From positions 8,740 to 72,739 of the forward strand of contig CAYSHP010000005.1 of NCBI GenBank assembly GCA_964430875.1: 64,000 bases of DNA, written 5' to 3'. Of the stretch, positions 46,653 through 55,359 are shown in pieces. The notes below the pieces were generated by a model. The model worked only from the letters and a program-made list of their open reading frames with translations, was not told the origin of the DNA and ran no database searches. Source of the stretch: an uncultured Halanaerobiales bacterium (lineage in GTDB: Bacteria; Bacillota; Halanaerobiia; Halanaerobiales; M55B127). Numbering within the stretch: position 1 is the first letter of the stretch; the number at the start of each line of letters is the position of its first letter. The position numbers and the translations under genes were made by a program.

Positions 46653-47810
46653 TTGTCATTTAAAGTTTTTAATTTTATTTATTATATGACTATGGCTGCG
46701 AAATCATTTTTTAACATACATTTTAGTAATCTTGGCTATACTTCTACTCAAATTGGAACAATTAATTCCATTGCTAGAGGAGTAGCACTTTTTATTTTAC
46801 CAATCTGGGGTATGGCTTCAGATAATTTCAAAGCTAATAAAAGAGTTCTTCAGTTTGCAATATTTGGCACAATGGCATTTAGTTTAATATTTTTAACTAC
46901 TTCAAATTTTATAATAATAATTATGTTAATGGTATTTTTATCGTCTTTTATGAATCCAATCAGACCATTATATGATAGTTTATTGTTTAGTAATTTAGGT
47001 GAAGAAGGTCAAAATAAATATGGTCGTTATAGATTATGGGGTTCTATTGGATATACTATTATTGTGCCTATCTTAGGTTACTTCTTAGAAGGCACAAATG
47101 TTTCAAATACATTTTATGTAATGGCAGGACTTTTATTTTTAACATTGCTAATTAGTTTTAAATTACCAAAAAATAAAATACAAGAACAAACCAATACAGA
47201 AGATAATGAGAACGAAGGTAGATTTGCTCATATAGGTATACTATTTCAAAATAAATTATTTGTTGCCTTTTTAATTTATGTATTTTTTATGCAAATAACC
47301 ATGAATGGTAATTTAACTTATTTCCCACTTTATGTTTTAGAATATGGTGGAAAAGAGGGACTGTTTGGACTAACTAAGATGGTAGGTTCAATTAGTGAGA
47401 TATTAATTTTAATATTTTCTGATAAAATACTTGATAGATTTAATATCAAACATATTTTTGGTGTTTCATCCTCAGCTTTTGTAATCAGATGGATCTTATT
47501 GGGCCTTTTCCCAATGAAAAGTATCTTTTTAGGATCTCAAATCTTACACAGTCTATCTTTTGGATTATTTTATGTAACATGTGTTAACTTTATTAATAAA
47601 GTTACATGTGATGAAGCAAAATCCACTGCACAAAATGTATTCACTTCTGTTTATATCGGATTAGGAAGTATTGTTGGTAATATGGTAGGTGGAGTTATCT
47701 TTGATAAATTAGGTGGAGATATTATGTATCTAACCTGGGCAGCAGTTGCATTCACAGCCGGTTTAGGATACTATATTTTCTTAAATCAAACAGAAAAAAG
47801 AGTAGCCTAA
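46653..47810 (+). CDS. MFS transporter (MFS_1-like, nucleoside/sugar/HcaT-type)
   Basis: PIWGMASD, YGRYRLWGSIG and QILHSLSFG; about 12 TM helices. Confidence 0.85.
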   Translation: MSFKVFNFIYYMTMAAKSFFNIHFSNLGYTSTQIGTINSIARGVALFILPIWGMASDNFKANKRVLQFAIFGTMAFSLIFLTTSNFIIIIMLMVFLSSFMNPIRPLYDSLLFSNLGEEGQNKYGRYRLWGSIGYTIIVPILGYFLEGTNVSNTFYVMAGLLFLTLLISFKLPKNKIQEQTNTEDNENEGRFAHIGILFQNKLFVAFLIYVFFMQITMNGNLTYFPLYVLEYGGKEGLFGLTKMVGSISEILILIFSDKILDRFNIKHIFGVSSSAFVIRWILLGLFPMKSIFLGSQILHSLSFGLFYVTCVNFINKVTCDEAKSTAQNVFTSVYIGLGSIVGNMVGGVIFDKLGGDIMYLTWAAVAFTAGLGYYIFLNQTEKRVA

Positions 47811-47870
47811 TTAAACTACTCTTTTTTTATTCCTTTTTATTTTCTTTTTTATTTTTACTTTTAAGTATAA

Positions 47871-48929
47871 TCAAAACCAATCCTTCCATTTGAAATATAT
47901 CAGCATCATGACAGCAACCACAAACATCACAATCATAACTATTGGATAACCCATTTTCATATCAAGTTCAGGCATATACTTAAAGTTCATACCATAGACT
48001 CCAGCAATAAAGGTTAAAGGAATAAATATAGTCGCAACTATAGTCAAGACCTGCATCACTTCATTCATCTTATTGCTTGAACTTGACATATAGATATCAA
48101 GCATCGAACTTAACATATCTCTCAATACTTCAATTTCATCAATAACCTGAGTTAAGTGATCATAGACATCTTTTAAATAAATTTCAGTTGATTCTTTAAT
48201 ATAATCACTTCTAGACCTTATTAACTTATTATCAATCTGAATTAAAGGCCAGACAATCTTTCTTAAAAAGATCATTTCCTTTTTATATTCCTGAATCATT
48301 TCAAGATCTCCCTGTGCTGGTTCTTCAATTAACTTATCTTCTAAGTTTTCAATCATAATACCTAGGTCTTCTAAAACAGCCAGATATTTATCTACTATAG
48401 CATCTATAAGGGTATAGGCTAAGTAATCACTGCCAGAACTCCTTATCTTACCTTTCATCCTTCTAATACGTTCTCTTATTGGTTCTAAGGCCTCTGTCCC
48501 TTTTTCTTGAAATGAAACAACAACATCTTCATTTATAACTAAACTAATCTGAGCAGTTTTAACCTCTTTATTGTTTAAGTAGATAGAATTCAAAATGATT
48601 ACAAGAGCATTTTCTTGTTCTTCTAATTTAGGCCTCTGCCTGGTATTCCAAATATCTTCAAGTACTAAGGGGTGTAAATCAAATCTAACGCCCACTTTTG
48701 AAATCACTTCTCTATCATGGACGCCATCAATATCAACCCACTTTTTATATCCTTCTACTGGTTGAAATATTTCTTCAGATAATTCATCATATTTTTCTTC
48801 AATTATTTCTTCATTATTATAAGTGAAAACTCTTATAGTAACATCTTCTTCTTTTACTTTATCATCATATTGTAATAGTCCTGGTGGACTACCACTATCA
48901 TCAATAGATTTTTTATGAAACTCTTTCAA
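47871..48929 (-). CDS. corA: Magnesium/cobalt transporter CorA
   Basis: LHPLVLED, QRPK and YGMNF signature; TTG start with GGAGG. Confidence 0.95.
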   Translation of the reverse strand: MKEFHKKSIDDSGSPPGLLQYDDKVKEEDVTIRVFTYNNEEIIEEKYDELSEEIFQPVEGYKKWVDIDGVHDREVISKVGVRFDLHPLVLEDIWNTRQRPKLEEQENALVIILNSIYLNNKEVKTAQISLVINEDVVVSFQEKGTEALEPIRERIRRMKGKIRSSGSDYLAYTLIDAIVDKYLAVLEDLGIMIENLEDKLIEEPAQGDLEMIQEYKKEMIFLRKIVWPLIQIDNKLIRSRSDYIKESTEIYLKDVYDHLTQVIDEIEVLRDMLSSMLDIYMSSSSNKMNEVMQVLTIVATIFIPLTFIAGVYGMNFKYMPELDMKMGYPIVMIVMFVVAVMMLIYFKWKDWF

Positions 48930-48943
48930 TGTATATACCTCCG

Positions 48944-49741
48944 TTATTTATCAAGATGTACATCCATTTGTGGATATGGAATACCAATATCTTCTTCATC
49001 AAATCTTAATTTAACAGTTTCCTGCATATCATAATATACTTTCCAATAGTTTGCAGTATCAATCCAAATTTTTACATCAAAGTTTACAGAGCTACCAGCT
49101 AATTCTCCCACTTCAATAACCGGGGCTGGATCATCTAAAATCAAATCATTTTCAGCTACAATTTCTTTTAAAAGATTTTTCGCCTTTTTAATATCATCAT
49201 CATAGCCAATACCAAAGACCATATCAAGCCTTCTCTGTTCATAAGCAGAATAGTTAATAATATCTGAATTAGAAAGATCTCCATTTGGTATTACAATCTG
49301 TTTATGGTCAGGTGTATTTAATACTGTATAAAGAATTTGAATTTCGACAACAGTACCTCTATGGCCAACTGCTTCAATAAAGTCGCCTGCTTTAAAAGGT
49401 TTGGAAAGTAGAATTAAAACTCCACCCGCGAAATTTGCTAAACTACCTTGTAAAGAAAGGCCTATTGCAAAGGACATCGCACCTAATACAGCCACAAAGG
49501 AAGTCATTTCAATGCCTAAAGTGGCAGCAGCTGATAAGAATAATAAAACATTAAGTAAAGCTTTTGAAACAGATTTTAGAAATTTCATTAAAGTCGGTTC
49601 AATCTTATCTTTGAAGGATTTTTCAAATAAGTTTACAATATACTTAATTACTTTCATACCTATAAATATTATTATTATTGCAAAAATTAGTTTTAGACCA
49701 TATTGAATAACTAGATCCTGTAATTGACTAACATAATCCAT
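48944..49741 (-). CDS. mscS: Small-conductance mechanosensitive channel
   Basis: AIGLSLQGSLANFAGG, PFKAGD, IPNG and IPYPQ. Confidence 0.9.
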   Translation of the reverse strand: MDYVSQLQDLVIQYGLKLIFAIIIIFIGMKVIKYIVNLFEKSFKDKIEPTLMKFLKSVSKALLNVLLFLSAAATLGIEMTSFVAVLGAMSFAIGLSLQGSLANFAGGVLILLSKPFKAGDFIEAVGHRGTVVEIQILYTVLNTPDHKQIVIPNGDLSNSDIINYSAYEQRRLDMVFGIGYDDDIKKAKNLLKEIVAENDLILDDPAPVIEVGELAGSSVNFDVKIWIDTANYWKVYYDMQETVKLRFDEEDIGIPYPQMDVHLDK

Positions 49742-49760
49742 AATAATCACCCTCCTATGG

Positions 49761-49792
49761 AAAAAATTAAAGGGGTAGCTCGGCTACCCCTT
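49761..49792 (-). terminator. Intrinsic terminator
   Basis: AAGGGGTAGC-TCG-GCTACCCCTT. Confidence 0.7.
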
Positions 49793-49808
49793 ATAGCTTA
49801 TTATTTAA

Positions 49809-51455
49809 CTACTCTGTTGGAATTACAAGTTTTTGACCTACATAAATCATATTACGACTTTCCATATTATTTGTTTCTACAATTGCATCAACTTTTACAT
49901 TGAACATTCTAGAGATTTTTGCAAGATAATCTCCTTCTTCTACAGTATAAACATAGTTGCCATTTTGTTGGTCAACTTCGATAATTCTGCCTTCTTCTTT
50001 AGGAGCAACTGTACCTCTTTGGCTGATATAGTTCATTACTAATTCTTCTAATCCACCAGCTTCAATGACAGTTTCAGTACCTTTAAATACTTCATAACCG
50101 TCTCCACCAGCTGCCATAAAGTCATTTGTTGCTACTTCATAAACTGCATCATGGTCAACAGGTTCTCCATTAACTTTAAGACTGATTACTCTTTCGCCCA
50201 CAGATCTTTCGCCATCAAATACAATTTGCATTCCGGCTACTTGTGGAAAGAGACCTTCCAGTGCAGGATATTGTGATAAACCATGTTCTACAGCATCAAG
50301 AAGTTGGGCACCAGTTAACTTTTTAACTACAGTTGTATTACCAAATGGTAAGACAGTAATTACTTCACCTTTTGTAACTTCGCCTTCGTCAATAGATGCT
50401 CTAATTCCACCACCATTAGTAATTGCAACATCAGCCTCTGTTTTAGCTAACATTGAATCTGCTACTAAGTTACCTAGATTAGTTTCTCCAGATCTAACAT
50501 TAGCTCTTTCTCCATCTAATTCTACAGAAGTTTTACCTACAACAGCAGAAGTAATTTCTTCGTTTTCAGCTTGTACTTCTTCAATTACACTTAAAACAGC
50601 TTCATCTTTTTGAACATCGGCTGCATCTTCTTTTGTAATTAAACTAGCTTGAGCTGTCACTTCTCCTTCAGAGATAGAGACATCAACAACACCAAGATTC
50701 TTATCATATTCACCCGCTTGTGCGATTAAGGTTCCATTAACCATTAAACCTTCTTCTAAAACAGTGTGACTGTGACCATCAATAATCACATCAATACCAG
50801 ATACATTTTCAGCTACACCTCTACTTGTGTATTCGCTTCCTTCTGATAAACCCAAGTGAGATAAAGCAATAATCATATCAGTTTGATCTGAAAGTTCTTC
50901 TACCATTTCAGCTGCTACAGTATAAGGATCTTCAAAGGTTAATCCTTCTACATTTTTGGGATGAGTTTTGTAAGTTGTTTCTGGAGTAGCTAACCCAAAA
51001 ATACCTACCTTAACACCAGCAATTTCTTTAATGGTATAAGGTTCTACTAATTGTGGGTCTAAATTAGCAGCTAACACTGGGAAATTAGCCATTTCTTCTA
51101 GCTCTTTAATTCTTTCTTGACCAAAGTTAAAGTCATGGTTACCTAAAACCATTGCATCATAACCCATTTCATTTAAAATTCGTACAGCAGCTTCACCTTC
51201 ATTAAGGTTTACTATAGTCTGACCATGAAAAGTATCACCTGCATCTAACAATAAGACATCGCCTTCACTACGGTGTTCTTTAACTAAAGTAGCCACCTTT
51301 GGAAATCCCATACCAGCATAGCTTCCTTCTTCAATTCTACCATGTGTATCATTGGTGTGTAGAATTTGGAAAGTTGCATCTTGTGCTAAAACGGTTCCCA
51401 CCATTGACAGCACCATCACCAATACCAGAGTTGTAACTAAAAACTTTCTTTTCAT
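49809..51455 (-). CDS. Secreted 5'-nucleotidase/UDP-sugar hydrolase with C-terminal LysM
   Basis: HTNDTHG, DAGD, GNHDF, GHSH and NGGGIR; LysM YTVEEGDYLAKIS...IYVGQKLVIP. Confidence 0.9.
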   Translation of the reverse strand: MKRKFLVTTLVLVMVLSMVGTVLAQDATFQILHTNDTHGRIEEGSYAGMGFPKVATLVKEHRSEGDVLLLDAGDTFHGQTIVNLNEGEAAVRILNEMGYDAMVLGNHDFNFGQERIKELEEMANFPVLAANLDPQLVEPYTIKEIAGVKVGIFGLATPETTYKTHPKNVEGLTFEDPYTVAAEMVEELSDQTDMIIALSHLGLSEGSEYTSRGVAENVSGIDVIIDGHSHTVLEEGLMVNGTLIAQAGEYDKNLGVVDVSISEGEVTAQASLITKEDAADVQKDEAVLSVIEEVQAENEEITSAVVGKTSVELDGERANVRSGETNLGNLVADSMLAKTEADVAITNGGGIRASIDEGEVTKGEVITVLPFGNTTVVKKLTGAQLLDAVEHGLSQYPALEGLFPQVAGMQIVFDGERSVGERVISLKVNGEPVDHDAVYEVATNDFMAAGGDGYEVFKGTETVIEAGGLEELVMNYISQRGTVAPKEEGRIIEVDQQNGNYVYTVEEGDYLAKISRMFNVKVDAIVETNNMESRNMIYVGQKLVIPTE

Positions 51456-51726
51456 TTACATATTCCCCCTAAATTAATTATTAATCTATATGATTTTAAT
51501 TGTTACCTGCTTTTAACATCTTTAATATTTAAATTATTGATACAAAAATTTACATGATTTGTTTAATATGATAATAATTGTCTTCAATAAATTTCATTTC
51601 TACACTCTAAAAATAAAGTAGTGATTACCTTCAACTAATTTGGACTCTAAAAATTTGCATATACATTATTACTTAAAAAATAGACCTTAAAAATTCATAT
51701 TATTTTTGTTTATTGTATTATATATA

Positions 51727-51751
51727 ATTCAATGATTTTACTTAATTACCT
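51727..51751 (-). promoter_or_regulatory. SigH-like promoter candidate (AGGT-N17-GAAT)
   Basis: About 270 bp upstream of the nucleotidase start. Confidence 0.4.
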
Positions 51752-51813
51752 GCATGTAATTATACAATTTAACCGATTTTAGACCTCTAATTATTAATTA
51801 TCCAAAAACTAAC

Positions 51814-52347
51814 TTAGTCTTGATCTTTAAAACCTTTCCTGATTACTTTATAATCATTATTTTTAGTAACCAATTTATAAATATTAAAATTGGTTTTCAT
51901 ATCAATTTCTGGATGACGGACCGCAAAATTTATGGACGCAGAGCCTTCTTGACCAGTTCTGATTCTATGAAACACTTTAACTGAAGTTGATAAAATTGCC
52001 CCTCCATCATAAATCAATTCTCCATTTCTTTTAATTGAATGAGGGGAAATTTCGAATTTTTCAATTTTTCCATGTTCCGGAGTATATAAATCTACATGTC
52101 TAGTACCGAATAAAACTAAAAGATTATCTTCCTGGTGGGGGTGCATATACCAAGGCCTTTTAACCTCACCTATGCTACCCGGAGATAAAGCATTTTCTGC
52201 GTGAATCACTCTATCAATACCATCAACATTAGACAGATAATCCATATTTACCAGATCAAAGACAACTCCTTCAGTCTTTCTAAATACTTTAAGTGGGATG
52301 ACTTTAAACATATTTTTTTCAGCTGTAATAACTTCTTTATACTCCAT
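51814..52347 (-). CDS. Cupin-like hypothetical protein
   Basis: WYMHPHQED and FHRI motifs; RBS AAGGAGG. Confidence 0.6.
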   Translation of the reverse strand: MEYKEVITAEKNMFKVIPLKVFRKTEGVVFDLVNMDYLSNVDGIDRVIHAENALSPGSIGEVKRPWYMHPHQEDNLLVLFGTRHVDLYTPEHGKIEKFEISPHSIKRNGELIYDGGAILSTSVKVFHRIRTGQEGSASINFAVRHPEIDMKTNFNIYKLVTKNNDYKVIRKGFKDQD

Positions 52348-52371
52348 AATATTTCCTCCTTATTTTTAAAT

Positions 52372-52404
52372 AAAAAAATCCTCCCTGCTTTATAAGGAAG
52401 GATT
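52372..52404 (-). terminator. Intrinsic terminator after arsR
   Basis: Minus strand AATCCTTCCT-N8-AGGGAGGATT-TTTTT. Confidence 0.6.
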
Positions 52405-52410
52405 AATATA

Positions 52411-52704
52411 TTATTCTTTTTCAAAAATAGTATTTATTATTTTTTTCACTTCATCATTTTTAACATAGTACTTAATTTCCACTCCATTTCTTTGACCTTC
52501 TATTATATTGAGATCTTTCAGTTTGGTTAAATGTTGTGAAAGAGTAGATTGAGGTATATCTAAACAAGACTGCATTTTAGTTACATTATATCCTTCGCTC
52601 TCCATTAAGCCTTTCACTACACATAAGCGAATTGGATGTGAAATTGCTTTTAAAAGTTTAGCTTTCTCTTTAATTTCTTCCATATCTTTTATTATATTTT
52701 CCAA
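52411..52704 (-). CDS. ArsR/SmtB family transcriptional regulator
   Basis: KAISHPIRL, QSTLSQHL and RNGVEIKY winged HTH. Confidence 0.9.
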   Translation of the reverse strand: MENIIKDMEEIKEKAKLLKAISHPIRLCVVKGLMESEGYNVTKMQSCLDIPQSTLSQHLTKLKDLNIIEGQRNGVEIKYYVKNDEVKKIINTIFEKE

Positions 52705-52727
52705 AGTTAGTCCCTCCTAATCGTTTT

Positions 52728-52833
52728 CTATATCTATATATTATGAAATTATGATATTTAAGTCAAGAAATTTGTGAAAAATGATAAATTACATTTGACA
52801 AATATATTTATATATCATAATATTTAGATATAG
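52728..52833. promoter_or_regulatory. Mirrored divergent promoters (TTGACT/TTGACA-17-TAATAT) sharing a 19-bp operator-like sequence
   Basis: CTATATCTATATATTATGA (52728-52746) is the reverse complement of TCATAATATTTAGATATAG (52815-52833) with one mismatch. Confidence 0.7.
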
Positions 52834-52889
52834 TGATAAATATTTGGACTTCCAAGTGAACTATATCACACTTCAAAGGGGGATTAGAA

Positions 52890-53381
52890 TTGAATTTTAA
52901 AAGGTTTTTTTCTACACTAATTATTTATTTTATCTTCTGGTTAGCCTATACAAGTAGTTTTGCCACAGAAGAATTGTTAATAGGTATAGTAATTGCAGCT
53001 TTATTGTCTCTTTTTACATATAAAAGTTTTTCACAGATAAAAAGTGATAATAATATCTTTAAGAGAATTACTTCTTTTATAACCTATATACCTATTTTTA
53101 TCATTGAAATGGTTAAAGCTAATATCGATGTGGCTCGCCGAGTAATAAATCCAAATTTACCTATTAATCCAGGTATAGTAAAAATTAATACAGATTTAAA
53201 ATCAGATTATGCTAAATTGTTTTTAGCAAATTCTATTACCTTAACTCCGGGAACATTGACCATGGATGTTAAGGATGAAAATCTATATATACACTGGATT
53301 GATGTTGTTAGTACTAATAAAGATGAGCAAAAAGAGCAAATTGCTGGTAAATTTGAAGATACGCTTGGGGGGATTTTTTAA
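52890..53381 (+). CDS. mbxA: Mbx/Mrp subunit A (MnhE-like)
   Basis: PGIVK and ANSITLTPGT. Confidence 0.85.
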   Translation: MNFKRFFSTLIIYFIFWLAYTSSFATEELLIGIVIAALLSLFTYKSFSQIKSDNNIFKRITSFITYIPIFIIEMVKANIDVARRVINPNLPINPGIVKINTDLKSDYAKLFLANSITLTPGTLTMDVKDENLYIHWIDVVSTNKDEQKEQIAGKFEDTLGGIF

Positions 53382-53632
53382 TGTTTAGCTTTGTGTTCAT
53401 TTTAATTTTCATTTCAATAGTATTTGGAGCTTACCGATTTATAAAAGGTCCTTCCTCTCCAGATAGGGTTGTTGCCTTAGATACCTTAACCACAGTAGTA
53501 TCAGTTGCCTTAGTTGTTGGAGCCTTGTTCTTTAAAAATTATATCCTATTAGATATTTCATTTGTATTTGCTGCTCTTTCCTTTACAAGTGTTATAGTAA
53601 TTTCTCGTTATTTAGAAGGTGATAAATCATGA
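53381..53632 (+). CDS. mbxB: Mbx/Mrp subunit B (MnhF-like)
   Basis: GPSSPDRVVALD; three TM helices. Confidence 0.85.
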   Translation: MFSFVFILIFISIVFGAYRFIKGPSSPDRVVALDTLTTVVSVALVVGALFFKNYILLDISFVFAALSFTSVIVISRYLEGDKS

Positions 53633-53979
53633 TCTTTATCTCATTGATAGGTTATATACTTATTATCGTCGGAAGTATATTTTTACTTTTAGGTGCTTTA
53701 GGAATTGTTAGAATGCCTGACTTATATAATAGGATTCAAGCTGGTACTAAAGCAACTACATTAGGAGCTTTATCAGCTATTATTGGTGTAGGATTGGTTG
53801 AACCAAGTTGGTTTTTTAAAACTTTAATTATTGCTGTATTTATAGTATTAACCAACCCAATTGGTAGTCACAGCATTGCTCGTTCCGCTTATAAAAGTGG
53901 GTTAAAACCGGTTTTGAGCTCAGACATTGATGAATATGAAGAAAAAGACATCGAGAATGAAAGAAGTGATAGCGCATGA
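53629..53979 (+). CDS. mbxC: Mbx/Mrp subunit C (MnhG-like)
   Basis: PDLYNRIQAGTKATTLG and PIGSH. Confidence 0.85.
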   Translation: MIFISLIGYILIIVGSIFLLLGALGIVRMPDLYNRIQAGTKATTLGALSAIIGVGLVEPSWFFKTLIIAVFIVLTNPIGSHSIARSAYKSGLKPVLSSDIDEYEEKDIENERSDSA

Positions 53980-54218
53980 TGATTATCAGTTATTTACTTA
54001 TTTTATTAATGATTATAGGAGCATTAGCAGCAGTAATGTTTGAAAATTTATTAAATTCTATAATTTCATTAGGTTTGGTAAGTTTAATTGCAGCTGCTTT
54101 AATGTACTTTTTAAAAGCACCTGATGTAGCTATGACCGAAGCTATTATTGGGGCTGGATTAACAACTTCTATTTTTATATTTACATTATTAAAAATTAAA
54201 AGAGGTGATAACCAGTGA
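53976..54218 (+). CDS. mbxD: Mbx subunit D (DUF4040/MnhB N-terminal-like)
   Basis: APDVAMTEAIIG. Confidence 0.8.
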   Translation: MMIISYLLILLMIIGALAAVMFENLLNSIISLGLVSLIAAALMYFLKAPDVAMTEAIIGAGLTTSIFIFTLLKIKRGDNQ

Positions 54219-54967
54219 GATTTAGAGATTATCTATCCCTCTTGATGGTTATAATATTAGGCTTTATTATTTTTCAGGCTTTTACAGTCGGTAATGAAAA
54301 TAGTTTAAGTATTCCCGAATTTGGAAAAGCTAATTTAGAAAACAGAGTTTCAGAAAACTATATTAATAAAAGTGTTAATACAGAAAATGAAAGTCTTACA
54401 TTTAATGAAACAGAAAATCCCGAAAGTGGCTCAGCTAACTTTGTTACCTCAATCATTGCTAATTACCGGGCTTTAGATACATTAGGAGAAGTAACCGTCT
54501 TATTTATTGCAGCGGCCGGTTTAGCTTTTGTGCTAGGAGGAAACCAAGAAAATTATGCCTTCAAAGATGATGCCTCATTTATTGTAAGAACTGGAGTTAA
54601 AATTATTTTTCCACTCATGTTCTTATTAGGTATCTATATAGTAGTTCACGGACATTTAACTCCTGGGGGAGGATTTCAAGGTGGAGCAGTTATTGCTACA
54701 GCTGTTTTATTAAAATTCTTAGCTTATAAGGATTACAAGTTAAACCATACTGGTTTATCTTTACTGGAAAGTTTTGCAGGTATTTCATTTTTATTAATCG
54801 GTTTAGTTGGACTTTTAACAAATGGTTCATTTTTGACTAACTTTTTAAATAATGGTACTTTAGGAACCCTCTTCTCTGCTGGAATAATTCCCGTTGTCTA
54901 TATATTAATCGGGATTAAAGTAGGGGCTGAACTATCTGGTATCATCAGTAACTTAATAAATGCATAA
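54215..54967 (+). CDS. Mbx subunit E (MnhB-like)
   Basis: NYRALDTLGE and HGHLTPGGGFQGG. Confidence 0.85.
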   Translation: MRFRDYLSLLMVIILGFIIFQAFTVGNENSLSIPEFGKANLENRVSENYINKSVNTENESLTFNETENPESGSANFVTSIIANYRALDTLGEVTVLFIAAAGLAFVLGGNQENYAFKDDASFIVRTGVKIIFPLMFLLGIYIVVHGHLTPGGGFQGGAVIATAVLLKFLAYKDYKLNHTGLSLLESFAGISFLLIGLVGLLTNGSFLTNFLNNGTLGTLFSAGIIPVVYILIGIKVGAELSGIISNLINA

Positions 54968-54996
54968 ATTTCAATAACTAAAAAGGATGTGATACT

Positions 54997-55359
54997 TTGG
55001 CTTTTTTAAACCAATGGGCTTACCTTGGAGGTTCGATTATCTTAATTTTGATTGGTCTTTTTGGGGTATTGACCAGACGAAATTTAATAAAGATCGTTGT
55101 TAGTATCGGTATCATGGATACTGGCGTAAACCTCTTATTAGTCAGCTTAGGTTATATAAATAACGGAATTGCTCCAATAATGACGCAAGCTAATGCAACT
55201 AACAGTTTAAATTTTGTAGACCCTTTACCACAGGCATTAGTACTTACTGCCATTGTTATCGGGGTTGCAGTATTAGCTTTAGCTCTATCAATTGTGATTA
55301 AAATCTATGAAAATAAAAATACCCTACAAATCGATGAAATAAGGGGGTTAAACCTGTGA
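54997..55359 (+). CDS. mbxG: Mbx subunit G (MnhC-like)
   Basis: DPLPQALVLTAIVIG. Confidence 0.9.
   Translation: MAFLNQWAYLGGSIILILIGLFGVLTRRNLIKIVVSIGIMDTGVNLLLVSLGYINNGIAPIMTQANATNSLNFVDPLPQALVLTAIVIGVAVLALALSIVIKIYENKNTLQIDEIRGLNL

Noticed and set aside
47815-47870. Pyrimidine-rich T-tract between convergent MFS and corA genes
   Set aside because: Low-complexity AT-rich spacer with no stem and no defined repeat unit.
51601-51720. Degenerate CRISPR array
   Set aside because: The shared motif is only about 11-14 nt, the 40-bp period is too short, and no cas genes are present.
52772-52789. Rex operator in the arsR-mbx spacer
   Set aside because: Only the left half (TTGTGAA) matches; the right half GATAAAT does not fit TTCACAA.
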